A DNA stretch of 41,040 bases from an uncultured Verrucomicrobiae bacterium (GTDB lineage Bacteria; Verrucomicrobiota; Verrucomicrobiia; Limisphaerales; JAFGQR01), in the NCBI GenBank assembly GCA_963788655.1, contig CAWBHS010000069.1, positions 1 to 41,040 on the forward strand, given 5' to 3'. Within the stretch, counting starts at the first letter, position 1. Every line of letters starts with the position of its first letter. Positions 21,948 through 31,042 of this stretch are shown one piece after another. Under the pieces are notes generated by a model. It did no database searches. It saw only the letters and a list, made by a program, of their open reading frames with translations, and had not been told where the DNA came from. A program made the translations under genes and the position numbers.

Positions 21948-22097
21948 TCGCGTCAGTGTTTGGAGCGTGGAGCTTGGTTACGCTTTCGACGAACACAGCA
22001 CCTCCAAAAGGCAGCAAGCAGTGCCCGCAGCCGCCTGGTTCCCCCCTCCCCAATCGAAAGCGCCGGCAAGCCGGGCGCACTCCAAACGCTGGCGCGA
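21948..22097. repeat. GGAG-type REP pair element (second copy inverted at 39494-39640)
   Basis: tcgcgtcagtgtttggagcgtggagcttg ... aaagcgccggcaagccgggcgcactccaaacgctggcgcga; lies between convergent prc and def. Confidence 0.8.
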
Positions 22098-22159
22098 CTT
22101 TCCCGCTGGTCTTGTCAGACGCCGCGAAACGGTTGGGCCGCGGGGAGCTTGGTCCCCGT

Positions 22160-22729
22160 CTATTTCGTCGGCAAGGCCTCTTTGGTCGCCTGCTGGAGCG
22201 TGTCCAGTTCGGCGCGCAGTTCGTCTTTGACTTTGCGGGTCATGCGGTCAATGAACAGGATGCCGTTCAGGTGATCCACTTCGTGTTGCACCGCGCGCGA
22301 CAGCAATCCGCCCGCTTGGAATTGCACCGGTTCGCCCCGCGCATTCATCGCCGTGACCTCCACCGAATGGGGACGGGTGATGTCGGCGTAGATCTCGGGA
22401 AAACTCAAGCACCCTTCCGGACCGGTGGCGGGATCGCCGACCGGTTTGATCTCCGGGTTGATCAAGACCAGCGGCATGAAGGCATGCACGTCGGCGGGCT
22501 GCCCATTCAGGTCCAGCGTGGACGGCCGGTCGGTGACACCCCGCACGTCGATCACGGTCAGTTGCAACGCGCGCCCCACCTGCTGAGCGGCCAGGCCGAT
22601 GCCGGCGGCAGCATGCATCGTTTCAAACATGTCCTCCACAAGTTGGCTGATCTCCGGGGTAATGGTTTCGACGCGGGCTCCTTTTTGCCGCAACACCGGG
22701 TGGCCATATTTGACGATGGGCAGAATCAC
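22160..22729 (-). CDS. def: Peptide deformylase
   Basis: GIGLAAQQVG, EGCLSFP and QHEVDHLNG motifs. Confidence 0.95.
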   Translation of the reverse strand: MILPIVKYGHPVLRQKGARVETITPEISQLVEDMFETMHAAAGIGLAAQQVGRALQLTVIDVRGVTDRPSTLDLNGQPADVHAFMPLVLINPEIKPVGDPATGPEGCLSFPEIYADITRPHSVEVTAMNARGEPVQFQAGGLLSRAVQHEVDHLNGILFIDRMTRKVKDELRAELDTLQQATKEALPTK

Positions 22730-22868
22730 TTGGCGCGTTGAAAGGTTGAACGGTTTAAGAGTCGCAGCGGCAAAACGTTGAAGGAGGGGTGACAGCCTGC
22801 GGTAATGACCGTCAGGACCAGCCAGGGCTTCCGCGATTGGAGGTTGGAACGTCTCCGCTTCACGCCGT

Positions 22869-23993
22869 TCATGAAGTGGGCCACTTCTGCATCATCCCCA
22901 CCAGGTCTTTGACACTTGGGCTTTGCGCATGGCGGACGTAAAAGCCACTGGTGGCCACGCCGCACAGCAAACTGTCTTCGTTGCCCAAGCCCAGCAACTT
23001 GCCCAGACAGAACCCGGAATTGAAATGGTCGCCCGCGCCCGTCGTAATCAGCGGCTGCGGCTCGTAGGGGCCGTCCACCATCGCCGATCCTGCTTTGGAA
23101 ACGGACAGGGCGTAGGCCGTCGGATGCACCAACACGGTGCTCACCGGCACATGCTTTTGAATCGCCTGAGCCAAGCCCACCAACCCATCGCGATCCCGAA
23201 CGCTGGTGTCGAGGTCCAACACCTTGCCCACTTCGTAAGCTTCCTTCTCGTTCAGCCCCAGTACCACTTCGAAATACTTTTCAAATTGGGCAATCAATTC
23301 CAACGCCCGCAGAATGTCCTTTGGCGTGCGCTTTTCCGGATCGCACAAATCGAAGAAAATAATGCGCCGCGTGCCGTTCAGCGTCGGGCAAACCTCACGG
23401 AGCACGGCCGTCCACACGTCGCTCATGTAGGGGAGCATCGTCCAGTTGACAAACGCCACGAGGTCCGCGCTGCTGAACTTGGCCGCAAACTTGTCGCCGC
23501 CAAAACGGGACTGAATGTTTTCCCAGGTCACCTGTTTCAAGTACTGGTGCTTCCCGAGCATGACTTTGCCATCCTCGAATTCCAGGGCATCAGTGTAACC
23601 TGGTTCGGCAATCGAAACGACCTCCGCCCGTTTGGCAAAATCGCCGAAAACCGGGTGTAAATTCGGATAGCCCAGGTTGCCCAGGTAAGTCACCTGCAAA
23701 TCGAAGCTGGCCAGGGCATTGGCCATGATGGGGCCATTGCCGCCCAGTTTAGTCAGTTTGTTCACCAATTCGATATTGGTGCTCTTGCCCGCCGCCGCAG
23801 CCAATCGTTCCGCCAACCGGGCAATGGTGGGCATGCGCGTGTACGATTCGGCACTCTCGCGCTTGTCCACCACGTGCATAATCTGGTCCACAAACCCATC
23901 CAGACCGATAAAGGCCTTCAACTGCGGGGTACGTTCGCCGGCGCCGGCCAGTTTGGCCGCGCACTGTTCGCGTATCACGTTCGGTTCAGTCAT
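22869..23993 (-). CDS. PfkB/ribokinase-superfamily protein
   Basis: GGNGPIMANALA, GLNEKEA and TTGAGDHFNSGF (PfkB C-terminal signature); ATG at 23993. Confidence 0.75.
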   Translation of the reverse strand: MTEPNVIREQCAAKLAGAGERTPQLKAFIGLDGFVDQIMHVVDKRESAESYTRMPTIARLAERLAAAAGKSTNIELVNKLTKLGGNGPIMANALASFDLQVTYLGNLGYPNLHPVFGDFAKRAEVVSIAEPGYTDALEFEDGKVMLGKHQYLKQVTWENIQSRFGGDKFAAKFSSADLVAFVNWTMLPYMSDVWTAVLREVCPTLNGTRRIIFFDLCDPEKRTPKDILRALELIAQFEKYFEVVLGLNEKEAYEVGKVLDLDTSVRDRDGLVGLAQAIQKHVPVSTVLVHPTAYALSVSKAGSAMVDGPYEPQPLITTGAGDHFNSGFCLGKLLGLGNEDSLLCGVATSGFYVRHAQSPSVKDLVGMMQKWPTS

Positions 23994-24126
23994 GATTTTG
24001 GTCTTATCTAAAACGTTCCGGCATCCTACGTCGGCGCCAGAAACTGTGAAGATTGCCCTGTTTTTCCGCACAACTCAATGAAAAATTAGCCGAGCAATGA
24101 AGCCCCGAAAAGTCCTGGCGACGGTT

Positions 24127-25059
24127 TCAATCAACCCGCACGCCGACAATCTCCAGCAAACGCTCCAGTTCCTCGTCGCTGAAAAACCGAATCTCCAACG
24201 CGCCTTTGCCCTGGCGATAGCGCAGTTGCACCTTCGTGCCCAAACGTTCCTGCAATTTGTTTTCCAAGTCGGTGACATAAGCATCCGGGTCCGCGTTGAG
24301 GTTGCGCGTTCCCGCTCGGATCGTCCCGCCGGACTGGGGCTTGTTCAAGAGACGGTCCACCAACTCCTCGGTCTTCCGCACGTTGAGCCCCTGTTTGATG
24401 ATCCGCTCGGCGGCCAGCTTTTGGATCAACGGCTCGTCCAAGCCCAGAATCACCTTGGCATGGCCGACCGACAACCGGCCCTCGCGCAGATAGCCTTGGA
24501 GCTCCGGGTCCAGCTTCAGCAACCGCAAGGCATTGGCCACCACCGCCCGGCTTTTGCCGACCTTCACCGCCACGTCCTCCTGCCGCAATTGAAACTGCCG
24601 GATCAATTCCTCATAGCCCTGGGCTTCTTCGATGGGATTGAGATTCTCGCGTTGGAGGTTTTCGATCAGCGCCATCTCCAACACTTCGCGGTCGTCGGCT
24701 TCGCGGATAATGACCGGCACCTCGGCCAGTCCGGCCATTTGCGCGGCGCGCCAGCGGCGTTCCCCCGCAATCAGTTCGTAACAACCATCCCGCTCGCGCA
24801 CCAGCAATGGCTGAATGATGCCCTGGCCCTTGATGGAATCAGCCAACTCCCGCAAGGCTTCGGGAGCAAACTCTTTCCGCGGCTGAAACGGGCAGGCGCG
24901 AATCCGCGCCAAGGCCACCCGCTGCACCCGCTCGCCGGTTTCCTCAACGGCGCCAGCGGCGGTCAAGCTTGATGGGGTCACAGCCGCGGGCGTTTTCGAA
25001 TTCGGGGAATTCCCCCCCAACAACGCCCCCAGTCCGCGACCTAAAGGTGATTTGGACAT
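24127..25059 (-). CDS. parB: ParB/Spo0J chromosome partitioning protein
   Basis: LGRGLGALL ParA-interaction peptide, [43 protein letters not shown] and [16 protein letters not shown]. Confidence 0.95.
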   Translation of the reverse strand: MSKSPLGRGLGALLGGNSPNSKTPAAVTPSSLTAAGAVEETGERVQRVALARIRACPFQPRKEFAPEALRELADSIKGQGIIQPLLVRERDGCYELIAGERRWRAAQMAGLAEVPVIIREADDREVLEMALIENLQRENLNPIEEAQGYEELIRQFQLRQEDVAVKVGKSRAVVANALRLLKLDPELQGYLREGRLSVGHAKVILGLDEPLIQKLAAERIIKQGLNVRKTEELVDRLLNKPQSGGTIRAGTRNLNADPDAYVTDLENKLQERLGTKVQLRYRQGKGALEIRFFSDEELERLLEIVGVRVD

Positions 25060-25260
25060 CCCCGAAAGATAGAAGGCAAGGGGAAGCACTTGAAAGGCAA
25101 AAAGTGGCTGAGTTGGAATTTCAACGGATTGCTCTAAGTTAAGCCGGTGAACGAAAACAGCCAACCCAGCTTTGATCCGAACCCGAACCAATCGCCAACG
25201 CCGCGCGACGGAGACAAATCGGCCCAGAAATCCGCCACCAGACACGGAGAACCACCCGCG

Positions 25261-25839
25261 ATGAGAACTGCCCAGAATGTGGTTGAAGAATCGTCCGAAC
25301 GGGGAGGCGACAGGTTCGGAGTCCCACCTTTAGGCGGCACGGTGTCCAAACCGCCTGAAGGCGGGACTTCAAACGAGAAGCTTCAATCAGGTCCTCAACT
25401 ACACACCAATCCCAGGGAGGCAGAAGCGCAAGAAGCCGGCTTCCACGCCTATCTGGGGTGCTTCAATGACCAACGGTTTTTCGAAGCCCACGACGTGCTG
25501 GAAAGCCTTTGGTTGCCGCGGCGAACTTGGCCCATCGGTCCGTGTTACAAGGGGTTCATTCAATTGGCCGGCGCGTTCGTGCATCTCCAGCGGCATTGTG
25601 AAAAATATCCCCGGTTGCGTCCGGCGGCCGCGTTGTTGAAACTCGCCCAGTCAAACCTCGAACCCTTTCAAAACCGCGCCGACCGACTGCCGATAGCAGA
25701 AGCCCTTACGATCATCCAGCAGTGGCTTGGCCTTTTGGAACTTCATGGCCCCGCCACCAATCCGTTGGACAGTATCAAGCCGCCCCGATTGCTACGTCGC
25801 CATCGAGCCGAAGATGAGACGAGGGTGAATGACCAATGA
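25261..25839 (+). CDS. DUF309 domain protein with low-complexity N-terminal extension (start uncertain: 25147 GTG or 25261 ATG)
   Basis: FNDQRFFEAHDVLESLW...YKGFIQLAGAFVHLQ is the DUF309-type signature. Confidence 0.75.
   Translation: MRTAQNVVEESSERGGDRFGVPPLGGTVSKPPEGGTSNEKLQSGPQLHTNPREAEAQEAGFHAYLGCFNDQRFFEAHDVLESLWLPRRTWPIGPCYKGFIQLAGAFVHLQRHCEKYPRLRPAAALLKLAQSNLEPFQNRADRLPIAEALTIIQQWLGLLELHGPATNPLDSIKPPRLLRRHRAEDETRVNDQ
25314..25374. repeat. GGAG-type REP pair lying inside the DUF309 ORF
   Basis: gttcggagtcccacctttaggcgg (25314-25337) and ccgcctgaaggcgggacttcaaac (25351-25374) are inverted arms. Confidence 0.75.
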
Positions 25840-25994
25840 CCAATGACCAATGACCAGAGAATGACCAAGCCCCAGGCCTCGATAGTGGCAGAGCGCACTG
25901 CTCCAAGATAACGGCGCGAGGCATTGCGCGGCCTGTTGTGGGCCTTGGGCACTTGGGGCTTCTCTGAACATTGGTCATTGGACAATTGGTCATT
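25828..25994. repeat. Heptamer-based (AATGACC / GGTCATT) inverted repeat element
   Basis: aatgaccaatgaccaatgaccaatgaccagagaatgaccaag... and the inverted ...cattggtcattggacaattggtcatt; the element supplies the DUF309 stop codon. Confidence 0.8.
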
Positions 25995-26065
25995 TTCCCC
26001 GCCTTGCCAAATGGTTGTTTTTTGCTGGCTCCCAACCCTCCGCCTGCGGTAACACGGTTGGCATC

Positions 26066-27040
26066 ATGAACGATTTGGAATCCGCCGCCACGGGCCCAAG
26101 AGTCCCGCGCCGACTCTGGGACATTCGATTGAACCGCCGGGAAGCATTGGAGCGTATCAGTGCGGGCACCCTGTTGGCGCTGGGACTATGGCCGGGAGCT
26201 TGGGCGGGCCGGGCCAAAGACGGCGCGCGGACCTTTCGTTTCATCGCCGTCAATGACACCCATTACATGAGCCAGGAATGCGGCGTCTGGCTCGAAGGGG
26301 TGGTTCGGAAAATGAAGGCCGAACAACCCGAGTTTTGTCTGTTGTCCGGCGACTTGACCGAACACGGCCGCCGCGAGGACTTGGCCGCCGTTCGCGATGT
26401 CTTTGGCGCGTTGGGCGTGCCTACGTACGTGCAGATCGGCAATCATGATTATTGCAGCGATGTCTCCGAATTCGAAATCCTGGAAGCCGTCCCGCCTCGG
26501 CGCACACCGCGGGATGAGCGTCCGCCGGCGCCGATCAAATACGTCCGCAAGCCAAGCCCGCTTTATGCGCCGGGCAACCGCCAGTTCTACGAGGAACTGT
26601 TTCCGAACCGTTTGAATTATTGGTTCGCGCACAGCGGCTGGCAATTTGTGGGATTGGATTCCAGCGAAGGGCGCTTCTACCAGGGCACCGACATCCAACC
26701 GCACACATTGCGCTGGGTGGATGAACATCGCCACGAATTGGACCCGCACCAGCCGACCGTGATTTTCACTCATTTCCCGTTGGGGCCGCGGGTCACTTAT
26801 CGGCCCGCCAACGCCGACGCCTTGCTCGATCGGTTCCGGGCCTACAATCTGCGCGCGGTGTTCAGCGGTCATTTTCACGGCTTCACTGAACGGCATCTGG
26901 GCGAAACCACTCTGACCACCGACAAATGCTGTGCCCTCAAACGCTCCAACCACGACGGCACCAAAGAAAAGGGATTCTTTGTGTGCGAAGCGGGCGATGG
27001 CCAGATACGTCGTCGGTTCGTCGAATGCCCGATCCCGTAA
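26066..27040 (+). CDS. Calcineurin-like metallophosphoesterase, probably Tat-exported
   Basis: LNRREAL plus hydrophobic stretch (Tat-like); DTH, GD, GNHD, HFP and GHFH metal-binding motifs. Confidence 0.85.
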   Translation: MNDLESAATGPRVPRRLWDIRLNRREALERISAGTLLALGLWPGAWAGRAKDGARTFRFIAVNDTHYMSQECGVWLEGVVRKMKAEQPEFCLLSGDLTEHGRREDLAAVRDVFGALGVPTYVQIGNHDYCSDVSEFEILEAVPPRRTPRDERPPAPIKYVRKPSPLYAPGNRQFYEELFPNRLNYWFAHSGWQFVGLDSSEGRFYQGTDIQPHTLRWVDEHRHELDPHQPTVIFTHFPLGPRVTYRPANADALLDRFRAYNLRAVFSGHFHGFTERHLGETTLTTDKCCALKRSNHDGTKEKGFFVCEAGDGQIRRRFVECPIP

Positions 27041-27060
27041 GCCGGAACGATTCAGTTGGA

Positions 27061-27212
27061 GTGGCTGCGTTCGTGAGAACGCGGCTGACTGGCGCCGTGA
27101 ACCGCCTGCTCGAGGCGAATGCAATCCGGTCTCTTTTCGGTGACTGGCGGGACGTTGGCGTTGGCGCAGTGTCTCCCTTTAAAATCAGCCGCGTTCTCAC
27201 GAACGCAGCCAC
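27061..27212. repeat. REP pair / MITE-like element with perfect 28-bp inverted arms
   Basis: gtggctgcgttcgtgagaacgcggctga (27061-27088) is the exact reverse complement of 27185-27212. Confidence 0.88.
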
Positions 27213-27277
27213 GGTTATTGAATTGTCACGGCCAGGCAAACCGGTTTTCACAGCACGCCAAATTTAGGGTTGCGCAA

Positions 27278-27310
27278 TTCAAATGCATATTTTAAGTATT
27301 GTCCTATAAT
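27278..27310 (+). promoter_or_regulatory. Probable TetR operator and -10 box
   Basis: Imperfect palindrome TTCAAATGCATATTTTAA (27278-27295) and TATAAT (27305-27310) just upstream of the tetR ATG at 27322. Confidence 0.5.
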
Positions 27311-27321
27311 TGTGATGCGCG

Positions 27322-27987
27322 ATGCGACAGCGAATTGACGGAATTGAAACGCGGAAGCGGATTTTGGAAGCCGCCAGCCGGGTGTTCGCGGACAAAGGAT
27401 TCCGCGAGGCCACGGTGGCGGAGATTTGCGAGCGAGCCCAGGCGAATATTGCCTCCGTCAATTACCATTTCCGGGACAAGGAGTCCCTGTATGTTGAGGT
27501 TTGGAAACACGCCGCGGCGTTGGCGAACGAATTGTATCCCATCGATGGCGGCGTTCCCGCGGACGCCCCCGCGGAACAACGGTTTCGCGGACATCAGCAC
27601 GCGTTGCTGAAGCGGGTGACCGACCAGGGACGGTTGGGTGACTTCCATCGGTTGCGCACGATGGAGATGGCCAATCCCACCGGCATCATCGACCAGGTGC
27701 GCAAGCAAACCCTCAAGCCACTCCGCCAGTTCCTGCTGGAATTGTTGCGGGAGTTGCTGGGGCCGGAAGCCACCGAGACCGAGGTCCAATTGGGCGAAAT
27801 GAGTGTCATAGGCCCCTGTCTCATGGCCGGATTGGGCGTGGGGCACAAACTGACCTCGGGCATTCCCACGCTGACGCCCCAGCAGGTGGAAACGTATGCC
27901 GACCATTTTGTCGAGTTCTCCCTGGCGGGCATCCAATCCATGCGCCAGCGGATCGAAGCCAATGGCAAGAAACGAGTCTCGGGCTAA
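27322..27987 (+). CDS. TetR/AcrR-family regulator (CerR-like C-terminus)
   Basis: ETRKRILEAASRVFADKGFREATVAEIC..ANIASVNYHFRDKESLY HTH; C-terminal ADHFVEFSLAGI. Confidence 0.92.
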   Translation: MRQRIDGIETRKRILEAASRVFADKGFREATVAEICERAQANIASVNYHFRDKESLYVEVWKHAAALANELYPIDGGVPADAPAEQRFRGHQHALLKRVTDQGRLGDFHRLRTMEMANPTGIIDQVRKQTLKPLRQFLLELLRELLGPEATETEVQLGEMSVIGPCLMAGLGVGHKLTSGIPTLTPQQVETYADHFVEFSLAGIQSMRQRIEANGKKRVSG

Positions 27988-27990
27988 CGA

Positions 27991-29440
27991 ATGAGGACAA
28001 GTCTTCAACTCGCCGCGCTGCTCAGTCTCCTGCTGTTAGGCCAAATGTCGTGCTCTTCAACGCGCCAAACGGTCCCACCTCCGGTGCCGGTGCCGAAGGC
28101 TTTCTCCAGGTCGGGCCAAGTGCCATTACCTGACCGCTGGTGGCTCAGTTTTAACGACCCGGTGCTCGACCGTCTTATTGAACAGGCGATGTCGAACAAC
28201 TTGAATTTGCGCATCGTTTGGGACCGTTTATCGCAAGCCGAAGCCGTGGCCCGCAAGGCCGGAGCGTTGCTCTGGCCGACGCTGGATGGGCAGGCGGGAG
28301 CATCCCGAACTGCCCAACGCCAACCGGTCACTCCGCCCGGTGAAGGCCGGCGCACGACCTATCGCACCAGTCTGTCGCTCGGTCTGGTGGCCGGTTACGA
28401 AGTCGATTTGTGGGGCCGCATTCGCTCGACAAAGGACGCGGCGCAATTCGACGTGCGCGCCTCAGCCGAACAGGTGCAGGCGGCCGCCATTACGCTATCC
28501 GCCCAAGTGGCGGTGGTGTGGTACACGTTGGTCGAGCAATACGGCCAAATCGACCTGCTCCAGCAACAGCTTAAGATCAACCAAAACGTGCTGGACCTGA
28601 TCACGCTGCGGTTCCGGCGCGGCCAGGCGGGTGCGGCGGATGTATTGCAACAGCGCCAATTGGTGGAATCGCGGCGCGGCGACCTCGCCGCCGCGGAATC
28701 GCGGGCGGGAGTGCTCGAACATCAACTGGCCATTTTGCTCGGACAAAATCCGACGGCGCCGGTCGCGGAACGGGTCACGCATCTGCTGGAACTGGCGGCG
28801 CTGCCCGCCACGGGCGTGCCGGCGGAACTCATCCAGCAGCGGCCGGACATTCGCCAGGCGTACCACAACGTGCTGGCCGCCGACCGCCGGGTGGCGGCTG
28901 CGATTGCGGACCGCTTTCCGCGCTTGGCACTTTCGGCGCAAGCCAACACCAGCGCCCAGAGCACGCGCGATTTGTTCGACAACTGGCTCGCCAGTCTGGC
29001 GGCCAATTTGGTGGCGCCTTTGTTTGACGGGGGCGAACGCAAAGCGGAAGTGGCGCGCACGCCGGGCGGTGGTGTCCGAGCGATTGCACACGTATGGACA
29101 AACCATTTTGGATTCGCTGGGCGAAGTCGAGGACGCACTGGTCCAGGAACAGAAACAGCGCGAGTTGATTGCCAGTCTGGACCGTCAATTAGCGTTGGCC
29201 GCCCAGGTCATCGACCGTATCCGCGACAGTTACACCAAAGGCGCAGTCGATTATTTGCGCGTGCTGGATGCCTTGCTCACCCAGCAAGCGCTGCAACGCA
29301 CCCAACTGCAGGCGCGCCGAATCCTGATCGAATACCGAATTGACCTGTGCCGCGCGCTCGGCACCGGTTGGGAGATGAACCGGCCCGTCCCCGCTTTGCT
29401 GGAGGCCAGGAAATCCAAAGTCTCCGCGGCCAATGAATGA
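27991..29440 (+). CDS. RND outer-membrane efflux lipoprotein (OprM/NodT/TolC family); one apparent +1 frameshift at ~29062
   Basis: Lipobox-like LLGQMSC, WWLSFNDPVLDRLI, YEVDLWGRIR, PAELIQQRPDIR and APLFDGG; continues in ORF 28631..29440 (EVEDAL...LCRALGTGW). Confidence 0.88.
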
Positions 29441-29464
29441 GCCACCTCGAAACGTTTATTTATC

Positions 29465-30775
29465 ATGACGACTCCAAGTGAAGTTCACCAAAAGCAGCCC
29501 TCCCGGCACTGGCTCCGTTTACTGGGACGGGGATTGTTACCCCTGCTCGTGCTGGCGGTAGGTGTTGCGGTGGCGTTCGCGCTGATAAAGACGTCGCCCA
29601 AAGTGCAACGCAAGGCTCCCCGGCGCCTGGCGCGCCTGGTCGAAGTGGAGCCGGTGCAGTTCTCCACCCAACCCACGGTGGTGCATGCCATGGGCACGGT
29701 CCAACCGGCGCGCGAGGTGGACCTGCGGCCGCGAGTTGCCGGCGAGATTATTTCGGTGAGCCAGGAATTCGTGCCGGGCGGACGATTTCAGAAAGGCCAG
29801 ACGTTGCTGCAAATCGATCCGATGGACTTTGAACTGGCCGTCCGCCAGCGGGAGAGCGACGTGGCCCAGGCCCAAAGCGCGCTGGCACTGGAATTGGGCC
29901 AACAGTCCGTCGCCAAGAACGAATACGAAATGCTGGGGGAAACCATTGGCCAAGAAGACCGCGACTTGGTGCTGCGCAAACCGCAATTGGAGAAAGCCCA
30001 GGCCACGCTCAAAGCCGCCCAGGCCGCTTTGGACCAGGCCAAACTCAACCGGGATCGGGCCACGGTGAAAGCGCCGTTCAACGCCACGGTGCGGGCACGC
30101 AACGTCAACGTGGGCATGCAAGTTCCGATCACCGCCACGTTGGCCACATTAACCGGAAGCGATGAGTATTGGATCGCGGCGACGGTGCCGGTGGACCAGC
30201 TCAAATGGTTGCGGATTCCCACTTCGTCAAGTGATACCGGTTCGGTTGCCCGCGTGTACGATGAAGCCGCCTGGGGCAGCCACGCGTGTCGCCCCGGCAA
30301 AGTCATTCGTCTGCGGCCGGATGTGGAAAAGGATGGCCGGATGGCGCAGTTGTTGATTGCCATCGAGGATCCGCTGGCGCTGCAACCGGCGCACGCCGGC
30401 GAACCCAAACTGATCCTGGGAGACTATGTGCGGGTTGAAATTGAAGGGAAGGCGTTGGAAGCGGTCGCCGCGGTGGATCGCAAACTCGTGCGCAACGGCA
30501 ACCATGTGTGGGTGATGAACGACAAGAATCAACTGGACATTCGCACCGTCGAAGTGGCGTTTCGCGGACGCGAACATTTGCTGATCAGCGAGGGTTTGAA
30601 GGAGGGCGATCAATTAGTCATGACCGATCTGGCGGCACCCGTGGAAGGCATGCCGTTGCGCACCCAGGATGCCGGTCAAGCCAGAACCGGCCAGTCGTCG
30701 TCCACCAACCGCCTGGCGCTCGAACAACCGTCGGACGCTTCGCCAACTTCCGACAAAACCGCCGCCGCCGAATGA
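29465..30775 (+). CDS. RND efflux membrane-fusion (periplasmic adaptor) protein
   Basis: N-terminal TM segment, GTVQPAREVDLRPRVAGEI lipoyl half-motif, coiled coil, VKAPFNA and GLKEGDQLV. Confidence 0.92.
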   Translation: MTTPSEVHQKQPSRHWLRLLGRGLLPLLVLAVGVAVAFALIKTSPKVQRKAPRRLARLVEVEPVQFSTQPTVVHAMGTVQPAREVDLRPRVAGEIISVSQEFVPGGRFQKGQTLLQIDPMDFELAVRQRESDVAQAQSALALELGQQSVAKNEYEMLGETIGQEDRDLVLRKPQLEKAQATLKAAQAALDQAKLNRDRATVKAPFNATVRARNVNVGMQVPITATLATLTGSDEYWIAATVPVDQLKWLRIPTSSSDTGSVARVYDEAAWGSHACRPGKVIRLRPDVEKDGRMAQLLIAIEDPLALQPAHAGEPKLILGDYVRVEIEGKALEAVAAVDRKLVRNGNHVWVMNDKNQLDIRTVEVAFRGREHLLISEGLKEGDQLVMTDLAAPVEGMPLRTQDAGQARTGQSSSTNRLALEQPSDASPTSDKTAAAE

Positions 30776-30813
30776 GCAAGCGAGGATTCTTTCACCATGC
30801 GACTCGGCACCCC

Positions 30814-31000
30814 GTAGGACAGGCGTCCCGCCTGTCCCAAGCGGCCAAAGGCGCTCAATTGGGCGCAGAATCCCCACTGACCAAACGACACCCCCCGACC
30901 TTCGGGACCGCCGGGACGGCTGTCCTACCTAGGCGACTGCCGAGCGGACGCATTGCGGTAGCGGCTACCGTAGGACAGGCGTCCCGCCTGTCTCGAATGA
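30814..31000. repeat. Cluster of three GTAG-type REPs between the adaptor and permease genes
   Basis: gtaggacaggcgtcccgcctgtc at 30814 and 30970 (forward); gggaccgccgggacggctgtcctac at 30904-30928 (reverse). Confidence 0.85.
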
Positions 31001-31042
31001 ACGCTGAATCTCCAACATTACTCAAAACCGTTCCAGGCTAGC

